This document shows, one piece after another, positions 37,501-44,779 of a DNA stretch of 64,000 nucleotides. The notes beneath the pieces are model-generated. The model did no database searches, was not told where the DNA came from, and saw nothing but the letters and a program-made list of their open reading frames with translations. The translations under genes and the position numbers were made by a program. Origin of the DNA: Anaerolineae bacterium (GTDB lineage: Bacteria > Chloroflexota > Anaerolineae > CG2-30-64-16). The stretch's first letter is position 1, and each line of letters opens with the position of its first letter. The stretch covers positions 114,685 through 178,684 of the forward strand of contig JAXGQB010000009.1 in the NCBI GenBank assembly GCA_040766655.1, in the 5' to 3' direction.

Positions 37501-38256
37501 CAGGGTGTGATCGACGTTGCCGGCGCCGTCCACCAGCCAGACCCAGATGTCGTGTGTCCCGTCGCGCGGGACCGAGATGTTCGAGATGGTGTTGGTGGTG
37601 GCGACGTAGATGCCGTCATCCACCGTGGCCGGGAGTGCGTTGAGCTTGTAGTAGGCGCCGGCAATGCCCGACAGGTCCTCGGGATTGCGCCAGCTCTCCG
37701 AGAAGCTGTTGACGTTGCTCCACCGCCGGGCCGGCGTGCCAGTGAGCAGCGTTGGCGGATCGGGCGGCGTGGTGTCGACCTTGATCGTGTAGGCGGGGCT
37801 GATCGCCTCTTCGCCTGACGCCTCGGCCGTCCGGTAGCGGATCAGGTTTTGGGTCGCTGAGTCAGGGAACGCCAGGCCGATCACGACCAGCTCGCGCACG
37901 GACGTCTGCGGCGAGCTCACGGAGAGGCCTGCGGTGGACCAGTCGGACCACGTCGCGCCGCCATCGACGCTCGTGGCGTACGCGTCGCGGCCATCGATGA
38001 ATCCGTCCGGCGCAGTAGCCGTGACGAGGCTCGTGGCCGGCACGTCTGCCACCCAGCCGGCAGGCGCAAACCCGCTCCACGTCACCGCCTGCGGGCGCTG
38101 CACGGCCGCCACATCGGCGGGCGTCCAGGCGGCTGCGCGCGGCGCGGCCACGCCCAACACGGCGATAAAAAGCACCAGAAGGAGGACAGGACGATGCAAT
38201 GCTGCACAGCGCAGGCCGCCACGAGCGGCAGCATCAGGTCTGGAGAACGGGGACAT
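34582..38256 (-). CDS. Large secreted repeat-rich surface protein (about 1224 aa) built from alternating about 95-aa modules (AYYKF...WLxDxAGNxDH type and GWY...SGV...YRxNDGxW OmpL47/Big-like type)
   Basis: Start MSPFSRP (cat at 38254-38256, GAGGTGA RBS) with a signal peptide. Three A-type and five B-type modules were counted by eye. Then an FN3-like module and a about 300-aa C-terminal domain. Confidence 0.7.
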   Translation of the reverse strand: MSPFSRPDAAARGGLRCAALHRPVLLLVLFIAVLGVAAPRAAAWTPADVAAVQRPQAVTWSGFAPAGWVADVPATSLVTATAPDGFIDGRDAYATSVDGGATWSDWSTAGLSVSSPQTSVRELVVIGLAFPDSATQNLIRYRTAEASGEEAISPAYTIKVDTTPPDPPTLLTGTPARRWSNVNSFSESWRNPEDLSGIAGAYYKLNALPATVDDGIYVATTNTISNISVPRDGTHDIWVWLVDGAGNVDHTLRTGDPGVFWYDGTLPVSSVQVTPPLPATGWYTNSVRLDFTATDLPVDETLPPAVWTQLDGAAWAVSTGLTVGAEGTHRLLYQARDKAGNLEAAKELRFGIDLTPPVATLTADRLPAATGWYTAPVTYTLAVTDAVSGGATGYYRLNDGPWQQGAGFTLAADGSYRIESYAVDAAGLRSAVNTIEAHLDGTAPLTSTLIDGVAGDNGWYRSPVTVTLQPVDPVSGVLSTRFRIGAASWESGIQFPLPANAIHEIAYASTDVAGNEEAPVEEQIKLDAVAPGAPIGLQASPSGWSSTNAFTVAWSAPEDLSGVSAAYYKFGEPPAGPGDGTVITATDRIDALAVPIEGAQRLYLWLRDAAGNADHTTAVAGPTLRYDATPPVTVAEVEGLAGTNGWYRSPVTVTLTAGDTASGVASLYYRINGGEWQWVSRATATLALSQSDKHAVEYFASDVAGNSEAVQALTVRIDLDAPPPPDGVRSYPQGWSAFNNFRLEWPPVLDQSGIAGAYVKFGAPPANDLDGEFYVGATEITGVRAPGEGRFTAYVWLVDGAGNADEHTAVAITDAIWYDSSSPVTVITLTAASGLNGWYIGPVAFSMSATDSGSGVAAIRYQIDDGPVETGTAFTYGEDGQHTVRIWAVDVAGNVEATHVYDLSIDRTPPLASFSGLSGYQTRTRFDVSWSATDGAGSGVETYDVQVRDGYDGAWMDWLRKTKQVSAQFDGQRSHTYFFRVFATDRAGNRQPNGATAAVLVEPIQNGGFDTGTLSDWMTGGSLFMAVAPTAGPGNTSILAARLGSEDYGPSLQAPGTVPVGSATISQTVSIPALDQVRRPHLRFWYRVLTYDVMYSQRLERYVDTLDVTLYDAQGNEIALLLRAGNPTNAYGTRYDTGWHLASIDLSPYAGQTVQISFASWNRHDNLFNTWSFVDGIQIRDRVDTYIPSILRDADGSGASVSAASAADTREEAVAPASDEGSLR

Positions 38257-38358
38257 ACGTTTCGTCACCTCAGGAGCAACGGCTGGGGATGGGCAGGCAC
38301 TCCAGCTTGCAGACGCCGCACAGGCAGCCTCCGAAGCGCCCTCCATGGCTGCGCCCGG

Positions 38359-39048
38359 CTATCCGCCAGCTTCAAACTTGTAGCCGAGCCCGCGCGCGGT
38401 CACGATGTAACGGGGGGCGTCAGGGTCGGGCTCCAGCTTCGAGCGCAGTCGCCGCACGTAGACGGCCACCTGGTTGGAGTATCCTTCGTAATCGTAACCC
38501 CAAACGGTGCTGAGAAGCTGTTCGTGCGTCAGGACGCGGCCGTTGTTCCGCACCAGGGTATGGAGCAATCGGAACTCGATGGGCGTCAGTTCCACCGTGC
38601 GGGCAGTGGGCAGGGTGACGGTATTGTTGACGGGGTCCAGGCGGAATCCCTCGACGCTCAGCTGGCTCTGCGGCTCACCGAAAGTGAAGGCCTCTGCGCG
38701 GCGAAGCACGGCGCGCACCCGCGCCAACAGTTCCGAAGGCTCGAACGGCTTCGCAAGGTAATCATCTGCACCGAGATCGAGGCCGTGGACCCGGTCGCTC
38801 GTCTCGCCCTTGGCTGAGAGAATCAGGATGGGCAGATTGGTCGTCCGCCGCAGCGTACGGGTGACCTCCCAACCGTCCATCCCCGGCATCATCACGTCGA
38901 GCACCAGCAGGTCCGGCGTCTTCTCGTCGATCATGCGCAATGCCTCCTGCCCGTTATCGGCCGTGAATACCGTGTAGCCCTCCTCCCGCAGGAGAAAGGC
39001 GGTCATCTTCAGGCTTGGGCGGTCGTCGTCGACGATCAGGATGCGCAT
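38359..39048 (-). CDS. OmpR-family response regulator (REC + winged-helix)
   Basis: MRILIVDDDRPSL...DLLVLDVMMPGMDGWEV...wHTH YIVTARGLGYKF. Start at the cat at 39046-39048. The track ORF extends to 39231. Confidence 0.9.
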   Translation of the reverse strand: MRILIVDDDRPSLKMTAFLLREEGYTVFTADNGQEALRMIDEKTPDLLVLDVMMPGMDGWEVTRTLRRTTNLPILILSAKGETSDRVHGLDLGADDYLAKPFEPSELLARVRAVLRRAEAFTFGEPQSQLSVEGFRLDPVNNTVTLPTARTVELTPIEFRLLHTLVRNNGRVLTHEQLLSTVWGYDYEGYSNQVAVYVRRLRSKLEPDPDAPRYIVTARGLGYKFEAGG

Positions 39049-39105
39049 TGCGCCGGGCTTCTCCTCGGCCGCGTGCTGCTGCGGCCGGTGTGATTTCAGC
39101 GTTTC

Positions 39106-39150
39106 AGTATACCATGATGTGGAGGCAGGAACAAACGGCTTGCGCGTTTG
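39106..39150 (-). promoter_or_regulatory. Candidate promoter of the response-regulator operon: -35 TTGTTC / 17 nt / extended -10 TGgTATACT (minus strand), overlapped by palindrome CAAACG-n7-CGTTTG
   Basis: Plus-strand text agtatacca (39106-39114), gaacaa (39129-39134) and caaacggcttgcgcgtttg (39132-39150). Confidence 0.35.
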
Positions 39151-39219
39151 ACTGCGGCTCGCAACCGGAATTTCGGACATGAACGGATAGTGATTCCTTT
39201 CGAGGCGTCGCGAGCAGCT

Positions 39220-39247
39220 TACGAACGCCACATGAAAGGACCATGAA
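39220..39247. promoter_or_regulatory. Three direct repeats TACGAA/CATGAA/CATGAA phased at exactly 11 bp (candidate OmpR-family binding array) upstream of the regulator promoter
   Basis: Hexamers at 39220, 39231 and 39242, with a fourth CATGAA at 39178. The 11-bp helical phasing is typical of winged-helix regulator sites. Confidence 0.3.
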
Positions 39248-39318
39248 CAGCCCTCCGCCCGGTGCTGTCATTATGTTCACACGATCGATCTATAGGCCGG
39301 CCGTGCTCCCGGTTTACA

Positions 39319-40536
39319 TCACAGCGCCTGGTCCAGATCCGCGATGATGTCCGCAGGGTCCTCGATCCCGATCGAGAGACGGATCAGCCCGTCCCCGATG
39401 CCGATCTGCCGGCGCGTCTCGGGCTCCAGCGCGCGGTGCGACGACATGGCCGGATAGAGCGCCAGCGAGTACACGTCGCCCAGCGTGGTGGCCGGCCGGA
39501 CCAGGCGCAGCCGGTCCATGAAACGAAAGACCTCGGGCTGGCCGCCGTCGCGCAGATCGAAGCTGGCCATGCCGCCGAACAAGGCGCCGCCGAACTGCTG
39601 GCGGGCGAGGTCATGCTGCGGATGAGCGGGCAGGCCGGGATAGTTGACCTTGGCGACCCTGTCGTCCGCGGCCAGCCATGCGGCCACCTCCGCCGCGTTG
39701 CGGCAATGCCGCTCCATGCGCAGGGGGAAGGTCTTGAGTCCCCGGTGCGCCAGCCACGCCTCATCGGGCGCGAGGTTGGCCCCCAGCAGCTTGTTCACCT
39801 CGTACAAGGCGGTGCGGTGCGCGCGATCGCGCACCACCACCACCCCGCCCAACACGTCGCCGTGGCCGCCCAGGTACTTGGTGGCGCTGTGCACCACGTA
39901 ATCGGCGCCGAGGTCCAGCGGCCGGCAGAGCATGGGCGTGGCGAACGTGTTGTCCACGACCAGGGCCGCGCCGGCGCCATGGGCCAGGTCGGCCAGGTGT
40001 GCGAGGTCCGCCACCTTGAGCAGCGGATTCGACATCGTCTCGACCAGCAGGGCCGCGGGCCGCGCCTGCTGGAGCGCGGCCTCAACCGCGGGCAGGTCGG
40101 CCACGTCGACGAACGTGGCGGACACGCCCTGGGTCGCCAGCAGCTGTCGCAGCAGCGCGTAGGTCGCGCCGTAGATGTCGTGGGCGCAGACCACCGCTGA
40201 GCCCGCGCGGCAGCCCGCGGCCAACAGCGCGCCGTGGATGGCCGCCATGCCCGAGCTGTAGGCCAGCGCCGCGCTGCCGCCCTCCAGTGCCGCGACCGCG
40301 GCCTCGAACGCGGTGACCGTGGGGTTCCCGTACCGCGCATAGACCGGGTTCTGCGACGCGCCCGCGAAGACCGCGTCCAGGTCGGCGGTGTCCGCGTACG
40401 TGTATGCCACGCTGTGATGGACCGGCGTCACCACCGGCTGGTACGCACGCCCCGCATCCGGGCCGGCCACGGGAACGATCTGCGCTGCCTGTTCGCCCGC
40501 ATGCACCGCCACGGTGAAGATGGATTGCTCTGCCAT
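39319..40536 (-). CDS. Cys/Met-metabolism PLP-dependent enzyme (cystathionine gamma-synthase/beta-lyase/methionine gamma-lyase family)
   Basis: Start MAEQSIF. PLP-lysine region VVHSATKYLGGHGDVLGGVVV. Trans-sulfuration family fold. Confidence 0.85.
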   Translation of the reverse strand: MAEQSIFTVAVHAGEQAAQIVPVAGPDAGRAYQPVVTPVHHSVAYTYADTADLDAVFAGASQNPVYARYGNPTVTAFEAAVAALEGGSAALAYSSGMAAIHGALLAAGCRAGSAVVCAHDIYGATYALLRQLLATQGVSATFVDVADLPAVEAALQQARPAALLVETMSNPLLKVADLAHLADLAHGAGAALVVDNTFATPMLCRPLDLGADYVVHSATKYLGGHGDVLGGVVVVRDRAHRTALYEVNKLLGANLAPDEAWLAHRGLKTFPLRMERHCRNAAEVAAWLAADDRVAKVNYPGLPAHPQHDLARQQFGGALFGGMASFDLRDGGQPEVFRFMDRLRLVRPATTLGDVYSLALYPAMSSHRALEPETRRQIGIGDGLIRLSIGIEDPADIIADLDQAL

Positions 40537-40612
40537 TCGCTGCTCCTGTCGACGAAACTTCCGGTATTTTACCGCATCTCGGGCAAAGGATACGAGAAAC
40601 GCGCGAAATCGC

Positions 40613-40641
40613 TTGACACCAGGAATCACATATCGTACAAT
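40613..40641 (+). promoter_or_regulatory. Perfect-consensus sigma70-type promoter TTGACA-17-TACAAT, followed by SD AAGGAGG (40671-40677)
   Basis: Read directly: TTGACA 40613-18, 17-nt spacer, TACAAT 40636-41, AAGGAGG 6 nt before the ATG at 40683. It is AT-rich in a 70% GC background. Confidence 0.6.
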
Positions 40642-40682
40642 TATCATGCTAGCAATACTCAATCGACATCAAGGAGGCATCA

Positions 40683-41354
40683 ATGCGCACATGGCGAGCT
40701 GCATCGCTACTAGCGGTGATTCTGCTCCTGGTTTCGGCCGGCCTCGTGGTCGCTGCAACCACGACCACCCTGCTGGGCTACCAGATCGACTTTCTCGGCT
40801 TCACGGATAATGGCAATAACACCAGCACCTGGACATACGCTGTCACGTCTGACGGCGATGAAGAGAAAGGACTGAGCCATTGGTCCCTGGACATCAATGC
40901 GTGCTTCGGGCCCATTGTCGCCCCGGCGAACAGCACCCATTTCACCACGAAGACCGGTGCGGAGTTCGGCTGCGGCACGACCTACAACTGTGAAGTGGCG
41001 CAGTGCACCGTCGTGCAAGGCATCGATCCGACCACGGGCGTCAACGGCATCAAGTTCGAGAACTGCAGCCCGCAGCTCAGCAAGGACGGCCCGGAGCCCC
41101 GCACGCAGATCTTCCAGTTCACCGTCGAGGGTGTGCCGAGCCAGGGTGGTCCCGTGACCGTCGCCGTCAAGCCCGGCCAGGGGACAGCCTCCGGCACGCT
41201 CATCGGTCCGGCATGCACCCCCAACTCGGTCGCCCTGCGCGACTTCGAGGCCAGCAGCGATGCGGCCACACCGAAGCCCTACACGCTGCTCGCCGGCGCC
41301 CTGGTGTTCGGACTGGCAGGCATCGTCCTGAGCTGGCGCTCGGCTCGCGGATAG
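40683..41354 (+). CDS. Secreted Cys-rich protein (6 Cys) with PEP-CTERM-like tripartite C-terminal sorting signal (PKP - TM - RSAR)
   Basis: Signal peptide MRTWRAASLLAVILLLVSAGLVVAA. C-terminus ...ATPKPYTLLAGALVFGLAGIVLSWRSARG (compare PEP-CTERM PEPxTLxLLGxGLAGL...RRR). Confidence 0.7.
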   Translation: MRTWRAASLLAVILLLVSAGLVVAATTTTLLGYQIDFLGFTDNGNNTSTWTYAVTSDGDEEKGLSHWSLDINACFGPIVAPANSTHFTTKTGAEFGCGTTYNCEVAQCTVVQGIDPTTGVNGIKFENCSPQLSKDGPEPRTQIFQFTVEGVPSQGGPVTVAVKPGQGTASGTLIGPACTPNSVALRDFEASSDAATPKPYTLLAGALVFGLAGIVLSWRSARG

Positions 41355-41363
41355 GGAGTCATC

Positions 41364-41510
41364 ATGCAAACACAGACTGATGAACAGAGGCAGATTAGCA
41401 GCAGACCCTACGAGGCTCCGGCCATCATCTACGAGAGCGACCTCGAGGTACGGGCGGGCAGTCCGTTCGGCCTTCCGGACCCACTCGACCTGACCGGTAC
41501 AGGGGAGTAG
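41364..41510 (+). CDS. Translationally coupled 48-aa small ORF with lasso-leader-like YEAPxII motif (MQTQTDEQRQISSRPYEAPAIIYESDLEVRAGSPFGLPDPLDLTGTGE)
   Basis: GGGAG RBS 5 nt before ATG 41364, which is 10 nt after the upstream stop. Followed by a terminator at 41544-41580. Below the 60-aa cutoff of the ORF track. Confidence 0.4.
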   Translation: MQTQTDEQRQISSRPYEAPAIIYESDLEVRAGSPFGLPDPLDLTGTGE

Positions 41511-41543
41511 CCCGGCACTGCGCCGCCATCCGGCACCAGATTG

Positions 41544-41580
41544 AAGAGCTTCGGGATTTGCAGGCCCGAAGCTCTTTCTT
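41544..41580 (+). terminator. Rho-independent terminator (12-bp stem aagagcttcggg/cccgaagctctt, 9-nt loop, TCTT tail)
   Basis: Read directly. It closes the bicistronic unit 40683-41510. Confidence 0.55.
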
Positions 41581-41610
41581 ATGCCCCACCCACGCGCCCC
41601 AGCTCCCTGC

Positions 41611-41663
41611 GCTAACGCAACGCTAACGTCCGATTTGCGTCATGCTAACGCTTCGGGTATAGA
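41611..41663 (+). promoter_or_regulatory. htpG upstream region: three GCTAACG direct repeats (41611, 41622, 41644) and candidate promoter TTGCGT-17-TATAGA
   Basis: Repeats read directly. Neither CIRCE (TTAGCACTC-N9-GAGTGCTAA) nor HAIR consensus is present. Confidence 0.3.
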
Positions 41664-41779
41664 CTTTATCGAAACGACCAGTACGTCAAACCCAGGCCAC
41701 CGCGGGTTGGGGCGGCATGCGATCGCGCGCCAGCGCCCTGCGCTCCGCTGCGGTGGCCAGCTACCAGGAGGCAATCACC

Positions 41780-43645
41780 ATGACCGACCAGGCGCCTGCG
41801 GCCGAGACCCTCGAGTTTCGGGCCGAAGTCCAACAGCTGCTCCACATCCTGGCCCATTCGCTGTACACCGAACGCGAGATCTTCCTGCGCGAGCTCATCT
41901 CGAACGCATCGGACGCGCTGCATCGTGTGCAGTTCGAGTTGCTCACCAACCGCGACGTCGTCGACCCCGACGCCGAGCTGGCCGTACGCATCGAATCGGA
42001 CCCCGACGCACACACGCTGACGATCACGGACACCGGGATCGGCATGACGCGCGACGAGCTGATCGAGAACCTGGGCACGATCGCACACTCGGGTGCGCTC
42101 GCGTTCCTGCAGAAGATCGGCGAGAGGCAGAAGCCGGTGGACCTCATCGGGCAGTTCGGCGTGGGGTTCTACTCGGTCTTCATGGTGGCCGACGAGGTGG
42201 CGGTCACCTCGCGCTCGTATCAGCCCGACGCCGCCGCATGGCGCTGGACCTCGCGCGGGGACAGCCGGTTCGACCTGGCGCCGGCCGAGAAGACGTCGCG
42301 CGGCACAGAGATCCTGATCCGACTAAAGGAAGATGCGTACGACTTCACCGCGGGGTGGCGCCTCAGCGGCATCGTGCGCAAGCACTCGGATTACGTGTCG
42401 TTCCCCGTGTACGTCGAGGGCGAGGTGGCGAACCGGCAGACCGCATTGTGGCGCAAGCCCCCGCGCGAGGTAGAGGACGAGGAATACGCCGCTTTCTACC
42501 GGCAGCTGACGCTCGACCCCGAGCCGCCCCTGTTGCACACGCACCTGGTCACGGACGCGCCGGTCGATATCCGCAGCATCCTCTACGTGCCGCGCAGGCT
42601 GGATCGCGGCGTCTTGAGCCTGCGGTCCGATTACGGCATCCAACTCTACTCGCGCAAGGTGCTCATCCAGGCGCACAACAAGGAGCTGCTGCCCGAGCAT
42701 CTCCGCTTCGTCGAGGGCGTGGTCGACTCCGAGGACATCCCCCTGAACGTGTCGCGCGAGACGGTGCAGAGCAACCGGACGCTGCGCGCGATCCAGAAGG
42801 TGCTCGCGGGCCGGGTCACCAAGGTGCTTGCGGAGTTCGCAACGGAGAAGCCGGAAGAGTACGCCGGGTTCTGGAAAGACATGGGCGTATTCATCAAGCA
42901 GGGCGTCGCCTCGGGCGAGCAGGAGGACCTGCCCGAGCTGCTGCGCTTCCCCTCCACCCGGTCGGACGGCCAGCTCGTCTCCCTGGCCGAGTACGTGGCG
43001 CGCATGGTGGACGGGCAGGGCGAGATCTACTACCTGCTCGGCAGCGATCCCGCCTCCATCGCAGCCAGCCCACACCTCGATGCATTCAAGTCGCGCGGCA
43101 TCGAGGTGCTGCTCATGGGCGATCCGTTCGACGGGTACATGGTGCAGGCGCTGCCAGAGTACAAGGACAAGCCGCTGAAGAACGTCGACGACCCCGGGCT
43201 GGCGCTGCCAGGGCAGCCGCAGGAGGAGCCGGCCGCGGCGCCCAGCCTGCCCGACGACGAGTGGGCCGCGGTGGCCGCGCGCTTCAAGACCGTGTTGGGC
43301 GACCGGGTCACCGAGGTGCGCGAGTCGCAGCTGCTCACCGGCAGCCCGGCGCGGCTGGTGTCGCCGCAGGCCGGCTTCGAGCGGGAGATGCAGCGCCTGC
43401 GCCACCTGCTGGAGCAGGACTATCACATCCCGCCAAAGATCCTGGAGCTCAACCGCCGCCACCCGCTGACGCGCAACCTGGCGTCGCTCATCGCAGATCG
43501 ACCCGCGGATGCCGTCATCGACGCGTCGATCGAGCTGCTGTTCGAGAACCTGCTGCTGCTGGAGGGGCTGCACCCGAACCCCGCGACCCTGGCCCCGCGC
43601 ATCCAGGCCCTGCTGGAGCAGGCGACACGGGGACCGCGAGGATAG
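41780..43645 (+). CDS. htpG: Molecular chaperone HtpG (Hsp90 family)
   Basis: Start MTDQAPAAETLEF with an AGGAGG RBS. Hsp90 N-domain signature IFLRELISNASDALHRV plus the full-length middle and C domains. Confidence 0.95.
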   Translation: MTDQAPAAETLEFRAEVQQLLHILAHSLYTEREIFLRELISNASDALHRVQFELLTNRDVVDPDAELAVRIESDPDAHTLTITDTGIGMTRDELIENLGTIAHSGALAFLQKIGERQKPVDLIGQFGVGFYSVFMVADEVAVTSRSYQPDAAAWRWTSRGDSRFDLAPAEKTSRGTEILIRLKEDAYDFTAGWRLSGIVRKHSDYVSFPVYVEGEVANRQTALWRKPPREVEDEEYAAFYRQLTLDPEPPLLHTHLVTDAPVDIRSILYVPRRLDRGVLSLRSDYGIQLYSRKVLIQAHNKELLPEHLRFVEGVVDSEDIPLNVSRETVQSNRTLRAIQKVLAGRVTKVLAEFATEKPEEYAGFWKDMGVFIKQGVASGEQEDLPELLRFPSTRSDGQLVSLAEYVARMVDGQGEIYYLLGSDPASIAASPHLDAFKSRGIEVLLMGDPFDGYMVQALPEYKDKPLKNVDDPGLALPGQPQEEPAAAPSLPDDEWAAVAARFKTVLGDRVTEVRESQLLTGSPARLVSPQAGFEREMQRLRHLLEQDYHIPPKILELNRRHPLTRNLASLIADRPADAVIDASIELLFENLLLLEGLHPNPATLAPRIQALLEQATRGPRG

Positions 43646-43721
43646 GCGTCATCCGCGGGGCGCCGAGACCAGGCATCCTGAGCGGAGGCCCGTAGGGCCG
43701 TAGTCGAAGGACGGCGGCCGT

Positions 43722-43758
43722 GCAGTCGAAGGCCAACCTGCTGTTAGCCTTCGACTGC
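43722..43758. terminator. Hairpin between convergent genes (12-bp perfect arms gcagtcgaaggc/gccttcgactgc, 13-nt loop), no U-tract
   Basis: Read directly. Lies between the htpG stop (43645) and the oxidoreductase stop (43781). Confidence 0.3.
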
Positions 43759-43780
43759 GGCGACGTGGTGCGCGCCTGCG

Positions 43781-44779
43781 CTAGGCCAGCATCACGACGC
43801 CGCGTGTCTCCGCAGAGCGCCGCGCGGCCAGCGCCAGGTCGAGCGACAGGGCCCCCTCGCGAATGGGGGTGCGCGCGGCGCGGCCCTCCTCGATCGCGCG
43901 GTGCAGGTCGAGCAGTTCCCGGAGGTGGTACCCCTCATCCGAAGCGACCACCTCCGTCCGCAGCTCGGCGCCGCCGGTGAAGGTGAAGGTCGCGTGGTTC
44001 GCATCGGAGAAGTCCACCGTCACCCCCCGCGCCACCGCACGGTAATCGTTGATCCACCTGCCCGGGATGGCGCCGTTGGTCGCGTAGACCACGCCGATCG
44101 CGCCGTCCTCGAAACCGATCACGGTCCCCGAAACATCCTCGATCGTGTAGTCCGGCATGTCCCGGTGGAACAGGTTGCTCTGCAGGCTGTAGACCGACGC
44201 CGGCCTGCCGACCAGGTGGCGCATCAGGTCCAGCATGTGGATGACCTGCTCCACCAGCTGGCCGCCCGACCGGTCCCGATCCCGCCACCACGGCGCGTGC
44301 AGCGCGTTGCAGAAGTAGCGCGCGCTCATCAGGCCGACGGGACCGGCCTCCCCGGAATCGACCAGCTCCCTGAGCCGCTCCACCGCAGCGCCGAAGCGAA
44401 ACATGAAGCCCACCTGGGTCACGATCCCCGCGCGTTCAGCCGCCGCGACCATGCGCCACGCATGTTCGGAGGTGAGGGCGATGGGCTTCTCCAGCAGCAG
44501 GTGCACCCCGTGTGCGGCCGCCACTTCGACCTCATCCGAATGGCCGTAGGGCGGCAGGCAGATCACACACAGATCGAGGTTCGCCTTGTCGAACAAGTCG
44601 TGATGGTCGGTGACCACCGCTGCCCGGCCGCCGGTGTAGCGATCCGAAAATGCCTGGCCGCGCTCGGGGTGCCGGTCGCACACGGCCACCAACTCGAACT
44701 TGTCGGGCTGGCCGACCAGGTTCGCGGCGTGCCGGTGCGCGAACCCGCCGCAGCCGAGGATGGCGGTCCGGAGCTTCAT
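43781..44779 (-). CDS. Gfo/Idh/MocA family oxidoreductase
   Basis: Start MKLRTAILGCGGFAHRH (cat at 44777-79, ATGA overlap with the upstream gene), 332 aa. The 579-aa track ORF N-terminus is Arg/Gly-rich read-through. Confidence 0.85.
   Translation of the reverse strand: MKLRTAILGCGGFAHRHAANLVGQPDKFELVAVCDRHPERGQAFSDRYTGGRAAVVTDHHDLFDKANLDLCVICLPPYGHSDEVEVAAAHGVHLLLEKPIALTSEHAWRMVAAAERAGIVTQVGFMFRFGAAVERLRELVDSGEAGPVGLMSARYFCNALHAPWWRDRDRSGGQLVEQVIHMLDLMRHLVGRPASVYSLQSNLFHRDMPDYTIEDVSGTVIGFEDGAIGVVYATNGAIPGRWINDYRAVARGVTVDFSDANHATFTFTGGAELRTEVVASDEGYHLRELLDLHRAIEEGRAARTPIREGALSLDLALAARRSAETRGVVMLA

Noticed and set aside
35836-37818. 660-aa plus-strand ORF (and the 36080-37339 minus-frame ORF)
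   Set aside because: Antisense or out-of-frame to the 1224-aa repeat protein. The composition is Arg/Gly dominated with no motifs.
40537-40682. SAM/T-box riboswitch upstream of the trans-sulfuration gene
   Set aside because: No recognisable SAM-I/II/IV or T-box consensus in the leader. The region is better explained as a divergent promoter.
40613-41510. Complete lasso-peptide biosynthetic cluster
   Set aside because: Only a leader-like motif is present. No transglutaminase-like protease, RRE or adjacent cyclase is found. The AsnB-like gene is 20 kb away in a glycan context.
42323-43573. 416-aa minus-strand ORF
   Set aside because: Antisense to htpG, which has an unambiguous Hsp90 signature.
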